DNA of 64,000 bases from positions 253,952,001-254,016,000 of the forward strand of contig OZ024740.1 of NCBI GenBank assembly GCA_964016885.1, written 5' to 3'. Below the pieces are notes generated by a model that saw nothing but the letters and a program-made list of their open reading frames with translations, did no database searches and was not told the origin of the DNA. Position 1 is the first letter of the stretch, and each line of letters opens with the position of its first letter. The translations under genes were made by a program, and so were the position numbers. This stretch comes from Eledone cirrhosa. Lineage: Eukaryota. Positions 12,695 through 25,499 of this stretch are shown one piece after another.

Positions 12695-14930
12695 TCATCA
12701 TCATCATCATCATTTTACGTCCGCTTTTCCCTGCTTGCAAGGGTGGGACGGGTCTTATTCAGCACAGCATCTCTCCACTTGTCACGGTTCTTCGTCATCT
12801 CCACTGTGAGGTCTGTTCTCACCACCTCCGCCCATGTTTTTCGTGGTCCACCTCTACCACGTCTTCTTTCAACTGGCATTTCCTGGCACTTCTTGACCCA
12901 TCGGTCATCCTCCATGCGCAACACATGTCCATACCACCTCAGTCTCCTCTCCCGTACACTACATTCTATCCCTCTCAGACACAGTTTCTCTCTCAACACA
13001 TCACGCACATTGACATTGCACATCCAATGGAGCATGCTTGCCTCATTTCTCTCCAGTTGCTGCTCATGTCTCACTACCATGCAGCATCGTGCTCCTCACA
13101 CAGGCATCATATAACCGGCTTTTCGTATGCAGGAAGAAACCCTTCTTCGTCAGTAGAGGAAGCAGCTCCCTAAACTTCTTCCAACCCGTCCTTATTCTAG
13201 ATACTATGGCCTCGGAACACCACCCTCCCATGCTAATCTGATCTCCTAGGTACCGGAAGCTATCCACCACTTCTATAGCACCCGCCTGCATTTGAAAAAT
13301 GTGTCTATCAATGCGACTTCTACTGTCTAATTTCCCTGTACATCTACTGCATACATATTTCTCCCTACCTGTTAGTTTGCCTGCTATCCCACTACATCTC
13401 TTGTGTACCCAGGATCTGCATTGTGTGCATTTAGTAGAATTTATGCCAGTTCCTTTTCTGCATATCGAACATGGCCATTTCCCTGACAGAATCAGAGTTT
13501 GTCCTCTTTTCTACTCATCAACACTTTTGTCTTAGCTAGGTTCACTCTCAGTCCTCTTGCTTCCAACTGAGGTTTCCATAGCCAGAATTTATTCTCTAGC
13601 TCCTCTACTGATTCTGCTACAAGAACCAGATTGTCAGCATAGAGAAGTTCCCATGGACAGCCAGTCTTAAACTCCTCTGGCTTGGAGGACTATAATGAAC
13701 ATGAGCGGGCTGAGGACTGAACCCTGATGTACTCCTACTTGTATCTGGAATTCCTCACTAAACTCCATTCCTACCCTGAATTTACTGACAGCACCTCTGT
13801 ACAAAGATTGCAATGTCCTCACAAGCCATTCCTCAACACCTAGTTTCCTTAGGGACAACCAGATGACAGATCGGGGTACCCTATCAAAGGCCTTCTCTAG
13901 GTCAACAAAGGCTAAGTATAGTGGCTTATTCTTCTCTAAGAACCTCCCTTGTAGTTGTCTCACCAAGAAGAGGGCATCCGTTGTACTTTTCCCAGGCACA
14001 AAACCAAACTGTATCTCATCTAGTTTGACCCTTTCTCTAATTAGTTGTGCTAATATCCTTTCTGCCACTTTCATAACCTGATCCATCAGTTTTATGCCCC
14101 TATAATTGCTCCTCTCCAAAGCATCCACTTTACCTTTGTAGCAATTTATGAGAATACTGCTGTACCAGTCTTTAGGTATGACACCACCATATATAGCCTG
14201 ATTGATGATGCGTGCAATCAGTTTAGTGCCTACGTCCCCTGATGCAACTATCCCCGACAGTCCAGCAGCCTTACCATTTTTCATTTCCTTAATCGCCTCT
14301 TGGACCCTATATTCGTCAATCTCAATAGCTGGTCCCTCTGTCGGATCTACTGAGGGTAATTTCTCTCTCTCCCATTCGTTCTCCACATTCATCAGTCTCT
14401 CATAATGACATTTGTAGGCCTCCTTTTTCTGATCATTCGTGACACTAAGTACACCGGCATCATTCCGGACACATTTATCTTCAACAATATCCTGATTTGC
14501 ATTGACATACTGCCTTGCAATGTGGAACACCGCACACCTCTGATCTTCCTGTCGCAGAACATTGGCAAACCTCCTACTCTCAGCCTCCCTGCGTGCTAAG
14601 TACACCTGACATCTAGCTTCTCTCTTAGTGGCTGTATATCCTTCTCTACTCTCACTCTTTTTCCAAGCCTTCCATGCTAGTCTTTTGTCTCTAATGGCCT
14701 TATCTACTGTGCTGTTCCACCACCAGGTCATTCTCTGTCTGGTTGGAGCTCTGCTCCAGCTATAAGTTTCATCAGTAGCCTGCAGTAAGTTGTCACGTAA
14801 GAAATTTCAGTTATTATCTGTCACACGACTCTAAATCGTCTTCTTTTTCGACATACACATCTTGAAGGGCTTTCCTAAATTTATATTTTAGTGAAAGGTC
14901 TTTTAGCTTATGTTGGAAGATTTTAGTTTA
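12695..14930 (-). mobile_element. RTE-clade LINE, 5'-truncated, disrupted RT
   Basis: YRGIKL, FVDLEKAFDRVP, GVHQGSVLSP motifs; Cys/His finger; RLRWYGHV; (ATG)n tail at ~12695-12713. Confidence 0.92.
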
Positions 14931-15103
14931 AATAGGAACCTTTTAAAATATGTGGTTTTGCTTCACAGAACCAGAAGTGGTTTTGACCAGGTTGATATCA
15001 AAAGGGTTAAACTATTCCAAATGTTCAAATTACTAACTTTGGGAGATAGTTAAATGAAAACTATGATCAGCCATGACTGATGGTGGCTTCATGCTGTTGT
15101 TGT

Positions 15104-15875
15104 CCGTGGATTGGTAGTATCGGTAGAGGGTCGGACGCCATGCTTTGATGCATAGAGTTACAGCCCTTGCCATTCTGAGTTCAAATTCCACTGACTTACG
15201 GGGTCAATAAAATAAAGTTCCAGTAATGCACTGGTTAATTGCTGGCCTTGTTCCAAAAGTAGAAACAATTATTATTATTATTATTATAGGCGGTGAATTG
15301 GCAGTATCGATAGAGGATCGGACGCCATGCTTTCCAGCATAGTTACGTCCCTTTACGGTCTGAGTTCAAATCTCGCCGAGGTTGACTTTGCCTTTCATCC
15401 TTACGGGGTCGATAAAATAAAGTACCAGTAATGCACTGGGTAATTGCTGGCCTTGTGCCTAAAGTAGAAACAATTATTATTATTATTGTCTGTCATCCTT
15501 CTGGGGTCAATAAAGTACCAGTAATGCACAGGTTAATTTAATCAACTTTCCTCTCCCCAAAAATTGTTGCCCTTGTGCTTAAATCAGAAACCATGTACAC
15601 ACATTTTTTTTTTAGTTCTTACTTTATTATTATTATAATAGTTATTGGGCACAATCGGTAAAGCATAAGACAATGCATTGTGATATTTATCCTGGCTCTT
15701 TAAGTTCTGTGTTCAAATCCTGCTGAGGTCAACTTTGCCTTTTATCCTTCCAAAGTGGATAAAATTTAATATGAGCCTAGTACTGGATCAATATAATTGA
15801 CTTTCTCCTCCCTTGTTTCAAAATTGCTGGCCTTGTGCCTAAATTAGAAATCAATAGTGTTGTTGTTGTTGTTAT
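15104..15875 (+). mobile_element. Cluster of 4 head-to-tail tRNA-derived SINE copies (one partial)
   Basis: A-box-like tggcagtatcggt, B-box gagttcaaat, shared body ctttgcctttcatcc...aaagtaccag, (ATT)n tails. Confidence 0.85.
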
Positions 15876-15879
15876 TGGC

Positions 15880-17095
15880 AGAGGCAGCCTCCTCCTTCAG
15901 CTAGACCATTTATTTCACTCAGCTGGTAAAAAAAATTTGCTTTACGTACACATGCCAGACTTGTTCGCCAACCTCTTGGCAGATGTATACTGCAACTAGC
16001 AGCAGAACAGGAGAATTCTGAGCTCTGTGAGCCGAGGAGAGGTGAAGCTGATGAGAAAGGACCTGAAGAAGGGGGACAAGATAAATAATTTCAGGCCCAT
16101 AACTCTGCTAAACGCAGAGTTCAAGGTTTTGTCCAAGTTGCTAGCAAAGAGGTTGGCACTTGTCAGTGGTCTGGTGGGAAAGGCGCAGAGATGTGCCATT
16201 GCAGACAACCTCCACCTCATGTAATACATCATGGAGAGGGTAGCTAACAAACCTGGCACGGGTGGGGCCTTGATCAATTTATATCAGTAAAAAGCTTTTG
16301 ATAGGGTCAATCATCGTTATCTGGCAGGGGTCCTGAAGGTGGCTGGCTTTGGGCCCAACTTCAGAGGCTGGATCGCTGCTATGCACAGCAACATCTGCTC
16401 TGTGGTGAGAGTGAACAGTCACCTTTCAGAACCATTCAACACCATGCACTCGGTCCGCCAAGGATGCCCCTCTCGTCCCTGTTGTACATATTGACTCTCG
16501 AACCATTACTGCACGAAATGGAGACGTTGAGGGGTGTCCTGCACGAACTAGGATATGGGAGAACTATGTTAGCATATGCCAACGACGTCACCGTAGTGGT
16601 CACCGTAGTGGTGTTGAATCTCAAACACATTGAGGCATTACACTAAGAGAATACGGTGACAGGAACAATGATTAATTAGGAAAAGTCGGTGGGCCTGCAG
16701 CTCGGCACCTGGAGAGGCAGATCCATGCTGTCCAACAGCGTCGTCGGGTTCAAATATCCAGGGGTCTGGTTCGGTCTGGACTTCCAGATGGACAAAAACC
16801 TGGGACGAGGTGACGAACAGGTTGGCCTCTCTCACTGAGAAATGAGCTGAGAGGAGACTATCCTTGAAAGGTCGGGCGGAGCAGGCGAACGCAAATATCA
16901 CATCCGTCATCTACTACCGCCTGACCGTCATGCCTTGTCCTAAGCCTCGCCTGATTGCACTGCAGCATTTGCTCTTTTGCTTTTTGTGGAAGGGACGAAC
17001 TCCAATGGTCAGGCGGTCCATCTGCTGTCAACACCCGCTATGTGGAGGGCTGAGCATGCTGTGGCTGAAGATGCACTCAGGCTACGACATCTCCA
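15880..17095 (+). mobile_element. L1/Tx1-like LINE RT fragment, degenerate
   Basis: NFRPITLLNAEFKVLSKLLAKRL, KAFDRVNH, RQGCPLS, AYAND, LSLKGR; stops and frameshifts. Confidence 0.8.
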
Positions 17096-17109
17096 CTATT
17101 ATTATAATA

Positions 17110-17730
17110 AGGGCAGTAGTTTGGCAGTATCGGTAGAGCATCAGACACCATGCTTTGCAGCATAGGAGTTACGTTCTGAGTTCAAATCCTGCTAGGTTAA
17201 CTTTGCCTTTCATTCTTACGAGGTCGCTAAAATAAAGTACCAGTAACGTACTGGGGTCAATTTAATTGAGTTTACCCTCCCCCCAAATTAATGGCCTTGT
17301 GTCTATACTAGAAATCATTATTATTATTATTATTATTGGCAGTATGAGTAGAGCGTCAGTCATCTGCTTTGCAGCATAGAGTTATGACCCTTTACGTTCT
17401 GCGTTCAAATCCCATCGAGGTTAAGCTTAGCCTTTCATTCTTACAGAGGTGATAAAATAAAGTACCAATAATGCACTGGGGTAATTGCTGGCCTTGAGCC
17501 TAAAGTAGAAACAATTATTATTATTATTGAAGGGTGGTGGATTGGCAGTATCGGTAGAGCCTTGGACAATATGCTTTGCAGCATAGAATTACGGCCCTTT
17601 TCACTTAGAGTTCAAATCCTGCTGAGGTTAGCTTTGCCTTTCATCCTTACAGGGTTGATAAAATAAATTACCAGTAACGCACTGCTTCCCCAAAATTGCT
17701 GGCCTTGTGTCTAAATCAGAAACCATTATT
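17110..17730 (+). mobile_element. Three head-to-tail tRNA-derived SINEs
   Basis: Same family as 15104-15875, each ending in (ATT)n. Confidence 0.85.
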
Positions 17731-17776
17731 TTTATTTATTGTCTGTGACTAAATGTTATCAATTGTTCTAATCTAG

Positions 17777-17857
17777 GGGACTCTACTGAAGCATTTGGAA
17801 GAACATTGTATTCAAAGTGATATGACACCAGATGATATCATGTTATACTACACAACA
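17777..17857 (+). CDS. AACS: AACS coding exon
   Basis: ag|GTLLKHLEEHCIQSDMTPDDIMLYYTT|gtaagt; 81 nt, phase-consistent with neighbours. Confidence 0.93.
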
Positions 17858-18756
17858 GTAAGTAGGTTGTTCAACTTATCTTACTTTATCTCTATATAAT
17901 CAAACATATATGGAGGCGAAGGCAATACATTTAAAAACAAGATTTACTTCTTACATTGCATCTCTAAGCATAGAGCATACTTTGCTTCGGTTATAGGTAT
18001 CTAATATATTATATCATAGTTCTTTCTCCTCTATTCTTATGATATACTAGCAGTGTATCCCAGCATTGCACGGGTAAGAACATTGGTAATAGCACCTCCA
18101 ATGAGAAACATTTATTTAGTTAAAAACTTACGAAAATATACCGACAGGAAACTTGTTTTATTTGGTGAAAATTAAGAAGTTGAAAGTACAGTTTAGCTGT
18201 CTACGTGCATTGTTCATAGAAATATTGTTAAGCCCCTTCTTTTCATACTCCTCTGTTTTGGCCTATTGGAGTAAATGTGAAAGAGAAAATCACAGGTTAA
18301 GTTGGCAGAAGGTTCCAGTGTCATAGCAGTAAGGCATTGGTTACTTACCTCAAAAGTTCATTCGCACTCTTTCCACTAAGTTACTCTTTCTCTCTATCAC
18401 TCTTGGTGCAGTCCCTTGTGAATTTCTCGCATAGGCCTGGTGTAGATTTGCACCCGATCCATCTGCCCGATGCACATGTCCACTTTCTCGAAGAAGGTGT
18501 ACCACCAGTATTATGAAAAAATGTAGCATAGAATCCCACGTGAACTAACAGCTCGGGAGCAAACTGCTTACCTCGAAGATTCATTCGCCATCGTTCTTGT
18601 CAACGCTCCGTTTAGTTGGTATTTGTTGGCCTACAGTTAGATGATTGCGCACAAAGGGTTAATGTTTATTGGCAAGAAGTTTTTTGAATAATAAAAGACG
18701 GGTTAATGTGACCTACAATGTATCTGTATATTTATATATATATGTGTGTGTGTATG

Positions 18757-18794
<38 letters not shown>

Positions 18795-18871
18795 CGTCTG
18801 TATATATATACATATATGGGTTTTTTGCGAGAGTGTGGGAGTAAAAGGTTTTATATATATATTTTTTTTAT

Positions 18872-19310
18872 GTGTCACTTTTGAGCTGACTTTTGGGAGG
18901 CTCCCATACAGCTCTGAGTTTTTCATCCTCAGTGTATACTGATTAATGTTCAGAGCCATCCTCAGCATTCTTGTGTAGCACCCATCCACCATCTGAGTGA
19001 GTTTCTTGGTCAGTGTCCAAGTCTCAGACCTGTACAGCAACGAAGAGTGGCACAGAGGAGACTGAGGTTAGCTGGACATGTTCACCGACATCCAGAGTTG
19101 ACACTGCACTCAGTGCTCCTGTGGGAGCCCCTGCATGGACACACTGGAAGAGGAAGACCAAAGTTAACGTATGTTGATGCCCTAAGGACAGACACTGGTC
19201 TCTGGTCTGTTGGAGTCACAGGACATGGCAGCAATAATGAGGGACAGAGACCGCTGGAGAGAACTCGTCCATGGATCTCGGGAATTTTACCCGCCCTAGA
19301 TAGATAGATA
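18872..19310. mobile_element. RTE-like LINE 3' fragment with inverted 5' part
   Basis: - strand LYRSETWTLTK...LYGSLPKVSSKV continues on + strand as VAQRRLRLAGHVHRH...GRGRPK; (TAGA)n tail. Confidence 0.8.
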
Positions 19311-19439
19311 TATTTTTATGTGTATATTTATATATATGTATATGTGTATATGTGTTTGTATATGTATGTATATATATATGTGTATGTATGTATATGTGTA
19401 TATATGTGTGTGTGTATATGTATATATATATATATATAT

Positions 19440-19620
19440 GTTCCACACTGTAAATGTGGTTGGTGTTAGGAAGGGCATCCAGCCGTAGAAAACCTGGCAG
19501 ATAGTCCTATATGAGCGAGACACGGTCACCCGACCAACTTTGCCTCAAGTGGGACAACTCCCGTCTAACCCATGCTAGCATGGAAAATGGACGTTAAACG
19601 AAGATGATGATGATGATGAT
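19440..19620 (+). mobile_element. Isolated RTE 3'UTR / SINE-like element
   Basis: ggtgttaggaagggcatccagc...ccatgctagcatggaaaatggacgttaaac(gat)n, same as the 3' end of RTE copies at 52680-52835. Confidence 0.75.
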
Positions 19621-20310
19621 GTATGTATATATATGTGTGTTTCTGTGTATGTGTGAATATGGCGAAGATAATACGTCAGCAATGACGTGTTTGTCATAAT
19701 GTCGTTATGAAGACAACCAGACATACAGACAGATATTATAAGGGCGCGACGGAGATGGATAACCGGCGCCTAACACCCCTTTTAACAACAGAAAATTGAA
19801 AAATAAAAGCTGCAGTTAATATCTTTAGACCGCAAGGAATATATAAATGCAAGTTTGTAGTCAATCGGAGTAGAAATGTGGATTTGTATAGACTTTGCAA
19901 AAATGAGGACACACAGACAATATCAGTTTTATATATATATGCATAGATATCTCTTACTTTGATTTATATATATTGTTTATTTATTTTATATATGAATATT
20001 GATTGTTTCTTGTATCTCATTCTGTTATTTTGCCCGAGAAAATATCTATGTTTGTCATCAAACGATGTACACACATGGATATTTTTTCAAATTCCAATTG
20101 AGTTCTAGCACGTGGCCTGAATTCCTTTTAGAATTCATTGTCCTGCGCATGTATTATTTTTTGGGCGGTAATCTACTTCCTCATTTTTTACTCAGTTTGA
20201 GAATTTCTTTAGAACTGCTAGAATAGCAACCTGGCAGCTACCTCAAGCACTGATGGTGATTATCGATAAATACTGATATTGATTTGATTATCAATATTAG
20301 TATTATTGGG

Positions 20311-20440
20311 GACCCCCTGAAGAATTATAAGAGCCCACTTGAATAAGTATCTGTTGATCTTATACAAGCTCCTACATAAATTGGTATAATTTCACCCAAA
20401 TTGTAGGAATCTTATAATGAAACGAGACGTCCGTCTGGGA
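20311..20440 (+). ncRNA. Degenerate type I hammerhead ribozyme-like motif with enlarged stem II
   Basis: CTGAAGA (20317-23), 9-bp stem II attataaga/tcttataat, GAAA (20419-22), stem III, GTC; stem I weak. Confidence 0.5.
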
Positions 20441-20841
20441 AGAGATATATTAGATATATCTCATATGAAATAATACAGCCAATTTTCCACACAATACAAT
20501 TATAGTTAGCACCCCGAACGTTTAATTAGGAATATACTCACTTATTTCCTAATGTTTGTTGAGTGAGTATCGCTAAAAGCTTTCTCCGATATTGTATTTA
20601 TATATATATATATATGTTGGTGGTGGTACGTTTTTTATATTCCGGTTATATATCTTTTTCTAATTTATTTCCTTCTGTGTGTTATTGTATGTTAGGTGTG
20701 TGTATAAATATAATAGGGTGTGTATGTATACCTGTAATAGCATGTGTGTGTGCATATATACATATAAGATTGTATGAGATGTGTTGATTATATTCAGGTT
20801 ATATATATTTTTCTAATTTACTTCCTTCTGATATTTTGTAG

Positions 20842-20966
20842 TCTGGTTGGATGATGTGGAATTGGTTGGTCTCATCTCTGGCATTAGGGTCTGCCATTGT
20901 CCTCTATGATGGTTCTCCTCTCATGCCGCATCCAAATGTCTTATGGAACCTAATTGACAATATTGG
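20842..20966 (+). CDS. AACS: AACS coding exon
   Basis: tttgtag|[42 protein letters not shown]|gtaagt. Confidence 0.96.
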
Positions 20967-21002
20967 GTAAGTTTGACAGATAAATTTATCAAATTTAACA
21001 AT

Positions 21003-21590
21003 CATCATCATCATCCGGTGGCCTCAGCCAAAATTGACTCAACAATTGATCTCTACGCAGGTCCGTCATTCATTGCCACTGCCAAGTCCTGGAGATGACA
21101 TTGTGATAGAAGAGATTGCACCTCCTGTTATTTGTGGTTTCCGAAGCACTAATGGGGACACAGCCTCATATGTGGTATGAGGTCAATGGCCAGCAAATCC
21201 TACTCTCCTCTTACGTACAATGACAGATATGCGTGGGAGGCTGGCATATGTTTCTTTCAAAGCCAGCTTATGTTCTGAATGCGTCAAAGTAGATGAGTAT
21301 AGGTGCCATCAAGGTGCTTTTGTTGTTTAGATGAAAGCATCCATTTTTCACTTCCATATTGTAAGATTGGTTGAAATATTACTTGAAAGAGTCTGATTTT
21401 GGTGTGGTTGGAAAGATTTGAGCGCCAAACTCAATCCATCTTGTTGTAAGCTGACCATGCTTGGACCTGTCTGGTGGCAAGATCCTTCCCCCGAGTCCAT
21501 GATCCAGGACCCAAGATACTTAAAATCCTCAACTTGCTTGATATCATTGCCAATGATTGCTTTGATGTTGTTGCCTGTACAGTTTGATAT
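21003..21590 (-). mobile_element. Degenerate RTE-like LINE 3' fragment
   Basis: VEDFKYLGS-like and GFAGH-like remnants on - strand; (ATG)n tail. Confidence 0.6.
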
Positions 21591-22277
21591 CAGGTAGATA
21601 GCTGTCCCTTGGGTACCTTTAGTGGAGTCCTCACTGTTGCAAACATTGGAACCAGTTCTTCTGATTTCAAGACACCTTCTTCTCTCTCATTCTCAGAGGC
21701 TCTGAAAAGGGTTAGAGACACTGCCTTTCCTTCCCTGACTTTAAAAAAAGGTCTGTCCCAAACATTGGAGGCACATCAGGCCAGAAATTAACCCAATTGC
21801 ATTGGTGTTAAGTAACTAAGAGTACAAGATTCCACCTGGATAGGACACCAGTCCTTCACAGGTTTAACTCCCAACAGCAGCTGGTACTCATTTTCAGCTG
21901 AATGGACTGGAACAATGTGAAGTGAAGTGTTTTGTTCAAGAACCCACCACCACAAGGCTGCATGCCATCAAAACATTCCCATTTTGATTTAAAAAAGTAA
22001 TAATTTTTTTATGCATCCATCATCACCATTGCCACCACCACCATCATCACCATGATGATGTTGATGCTGATGTTAATCACTATTTCTGACTAAATAAAGG
22101 GGAGTTGGACATGTTTAAGAATATTTCTACTGTACAACTGATGTTGGTTCCATACTTACCTGGCTAAACTTCACTATTCTCCATGAACCTCCCTTGTGAA
22201 AAACATTCAATTTAATCATTTGAAAAAAAAAATAACCTCTGTAAAAATTGCTAATTTAAATATAAATCTTTTTTCAG

Positions 22278-22342
22278 TATTACCATCTTTGGGACTGGTG
22301 CAAAATGGTTGTCTTTGATACAAGAAAAAGATTTAAAACCAG
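22278..22342 (+). CDS. AACS: AACS coding exon
   Basis: ttttcag|ITIFGTGAKWLSLIQEKDLKP|gtaatt; 65 nt, phases 2/1 fit. Confidence 0.94.
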
Positions 22343-22349
22343 GTAATTA

Positions 22350-23660
22350 TCATCATCATCCGCTTTTCCTCGCTTGCATGGGTTGGACAGGTCCTTCTCA
22401 GCATGGCATCTCTCCACACATTGCAGTCCTTTGCCATGACCTCTGTTAGTCTCAGTGATTTGAGATCAGCTCTCACAACCTCTGTCCAGGTCTTTCTTGA
22501 TCTACCTCTACCGTGACTTCCTTCCACTGGCATTTCCCCATGTCTATGCGAATCACATGTCCAAACCAACACAGTCTTCTCTGCTGGACACCACCTCAAA
22601 TTCCTCTTAAACCCAGCTTTTCCTTCAACTTTCTAAACTCTGCCTCTCTCTCTCACACTTACACTGCACATTCAACAGAGCATGGTTGCTTCATTTCTCT
22701 CCAGTCTATGCACATCCTTCACAGTCATAGTCCATGCTTCACTACCATGCAGCCTTGGACTTCGCACAGAGGCATCATGCAGTTGTCTTTTTGTACGTAG
22801 GGAGAAACATTTTCTGTTCAACAATGGGGGTAGCTCTCTGAACTTTTTACCATCCTATCTTTATTCTAGCTATTATGCTCTCAGAGTACCCTCCTCCATT
22901 GCTAATTATGTTGCCTAGATAGCAGAAGCTATGGATCCTTCCTGTGACTGAAATATGCTTACATCACAGGTTATCTTCCTCACAGTTACCCCTATAAACA
23001 GTCTTCCCTTCCTGTTAGCTTACTCTCTATCCCACTACAGTACCTAAGATTTACATTGTGTACATCGTATGGAGTTAAAGTTGACAGCTCCTTTGTACAG
23101 GACCTGCACTGCTCTTACCAACCTTTCTTCTACACCTAATTTCCTTAAGGACCACCAGCTAATAGATTGGGGAACTCACTCAAATGCTTTTTCTAGGTCA
23201 ATGAAAGCTAGGTATAGTGGCTTATTTTGAGCGTAGTTGCTTCAGTAAAAAGAGGGCATCGATAGTATTTTTCCTAGACATGAAACCAAATTGTATCTCG
23301 TTTAATTTGACCCTTGCTCTATTTGCTTGTGCTATAACTGTTTCCATCACTTTCATAACTTGATTCATTAGTTTTATTCCTCTATAGTTGCTCCTCTCTA
23401 GGGCATCACCTTTGCCCTTGTAGCAATTTACGATTGGGTATGACACCGTCTTATATTACCTGATTGACTATACTGATTACTAGTTTAACTCCTACTTCTC
23501 GCGATGCATTTAGTATCCCAGCATTTATCTCTGGTGGTTCTGCAGCTTTACCATTTTTCATCCAACTGAAATGGCTGGCCCTTCTGTTGGGTGGGTTGGG
23601 GGTAGTTTCTCTTCCTCACATTCATTCTCTACATTCATCAGTCTCTTATAGTAACATTTT
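22350..23660 (-). mobile_element. Degenerate, internally deleted RTE LINE
   Basis: CYKGKGDALERSNYRGIKL, QFGF remnants; (ATG)n tail a few bases from the exon donor. Confidence 0.85.
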
Positions 23661-23669
23661 CATCTTACA

Positions 23670-24130
23670 TCTAACTCTATAAATAATATTAACACCTGCA
23701 ACAACAGTGATATTCCAATTAATAGTATTATCCTAAGATCTACAATCCTCCGCACTAACTCTATAATTAATCCAAATTGTAACTGTAGAAATATGTTCAC
23801 TTAGCCATAATTGTTTAACTGATAATATAGTATATGACTGCACAGTTAACACCTCTAGATAGTTTCAAAACAAGATTTAATTCATTCTTTTAGAAAACCT
23901 AAATTGAAACATATAACGTCATTAGCTAGTTTTATCTGGGAATTAAAAAAGAACATACCAAATACATTGGGAAATATTAAGTAGATCCTCCGCCTATAAA
24001 CCTAACAATAGAATATGTACATTATGCCTCCTTGAATCTCAACTAATTAATTCTAAAGCTAACCTTGAAATCTTTTCCACTTGCCCCCATAAAAACCTAC
24101 AATCATTTAACTATTACAAACCAAACAATG
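23670..24130 (+). mobile_element. Naiad-type PLE GIY-YIG endonuclease remnant
   Basis: Frameshifted CNCR, NCLTDNIVY, FKTRFN, SLASFIWELK, SAYKP, CTLCLLE, FSTCPHK, collinear with ORF 25744-26739. Confidence 0.75.
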
Positions 24131-24826
24131 TCAATTAACAACCTTTTACTTCAACTTATACTAAATCCTTATTAATGTTTATATAGATTATATGATATAT
24201 TTGTTTAATTAATACAATATAGTATCTTATTTAACCTTTCGTTTTGACCTTGATAATAATAAATACTTAACTATAATTACTAGGGTTGCTTCATTCTATT
24301 TGGTACCATAATTTTGATAATTTCAGAGGATAAATATATATTGAATAGGCATTTAGCATAAGCGAATAAATTCAAGTATGTCTGTATACTTCAACTAGCA
24401 CTTAATTTCATGTTAAATTCATTGTATTGTAATAATCTATAGGTAGTCTCCCACATTTATATATTGTAAAAGAGACTGATACATTATTAACAAGATATAT
24501 TAATTTATTCAATATAATAGGTTATATTATCTCATCTTACCCCTTTTAGGTTTGAACTAAATAGATTATATTTCATTATAATGTATTAATTTTCTTAAAT
24601 ACCTCACACACTTATATCTCTTTGCCATATATAAAACATCCTTTAAATAAGTATAAATGTTTAACATATATTAATTTAAATATATGTACTTAGCAATAAT
24701 ATTTAGATAATGTAAACTAGGTTCAACTCATTACCCCCCCCCCCCCCCCCACTCCACCTTTAACGTCTGAAATAATATCCTGAAATATGTAAATATTTAA
24801 AATTGGCCGTTTTGGAAGCCTTAACA

Positions 24827-25467
24827 ATGCAGATGGGTAAATCTCCGGGTAACAGAATCAGGTGGTAATGAAGAGATATAAGAAGAAATGTAGAATGAGG
24901 CGTATAGGGTGTAGAGGAACATAGGAAAAAGTGTAAAAATAATTGTTTCTACTTTAGGCACAAGGCCAGCAATTACCCAGTGCATTACTGGTACTTTATT
25001 TTATCGACCCCGTAAGGTAAAAATAATAAAGTGTAAAAATAATAACACGAGATAGAGTTACCTTGGAAATATAGGGACAATTAAATCACTTCAAAGGTAA
25101 CTCTATCTCGTGTTATTATTTTTACACTCTTTAGGGTGGTAGATTGGCAGTATCGGTAGAGGGCTGGACGCCATGCTTTGCAGCATAGAGTTACAGCCTT
25201 TTATGATCTGAGTTCAAATCCCGCCGAGATTAACTTTGCCTTTCATTCTTTCGGGGTTGGTAAAATAAAGTACCAGTCACGCACTGGGGTCGATTTAATC
25301 GACTTTCCTCTCCCCCAAAATAGCTGGCCTTGTGCCTATATAAGAAACCATTATTTTTACACTCTTTCCTACGTTCCTCTACACCCTATACGTCTCATTC
25401 TACATTTCCTCTTACATATCTCTCATTACCACCTGATTCTGTTACCCGGAGATTTACCCATCTACAT
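24827..25467. repeat. Long inverted repeat (arms 24827-25068 and 25090-25467), each arm interrupted by a SINE
   Basis: gatgggtaaatctccgggtaacagaatcaggtggtaatg... versus its reverse complement; 21-nt spacer. Confidence 0.92.
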
Positions 25468-25499
25468 GACAATCTATTTTCCTATAACACATTAAAGGT

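Larger units (their letters stand above)
18047..19947 (-). mobile_element. Putative non-autonomous Helitron carrying nested LINE fragments
   Basis: On - strand: TC start in AT microsatellite at ~19947 and 3' hairpin (CCC...GGG) followed by CTAG at 18047-18050; pairing of the two ends is inferred. Confidence 0.45.

Noticed and set aside
24734-24750. Poly-C run (possible G-quadruplex on - strand)
   Set aside because: Simple homopolymer with no supporting context; length unreliable
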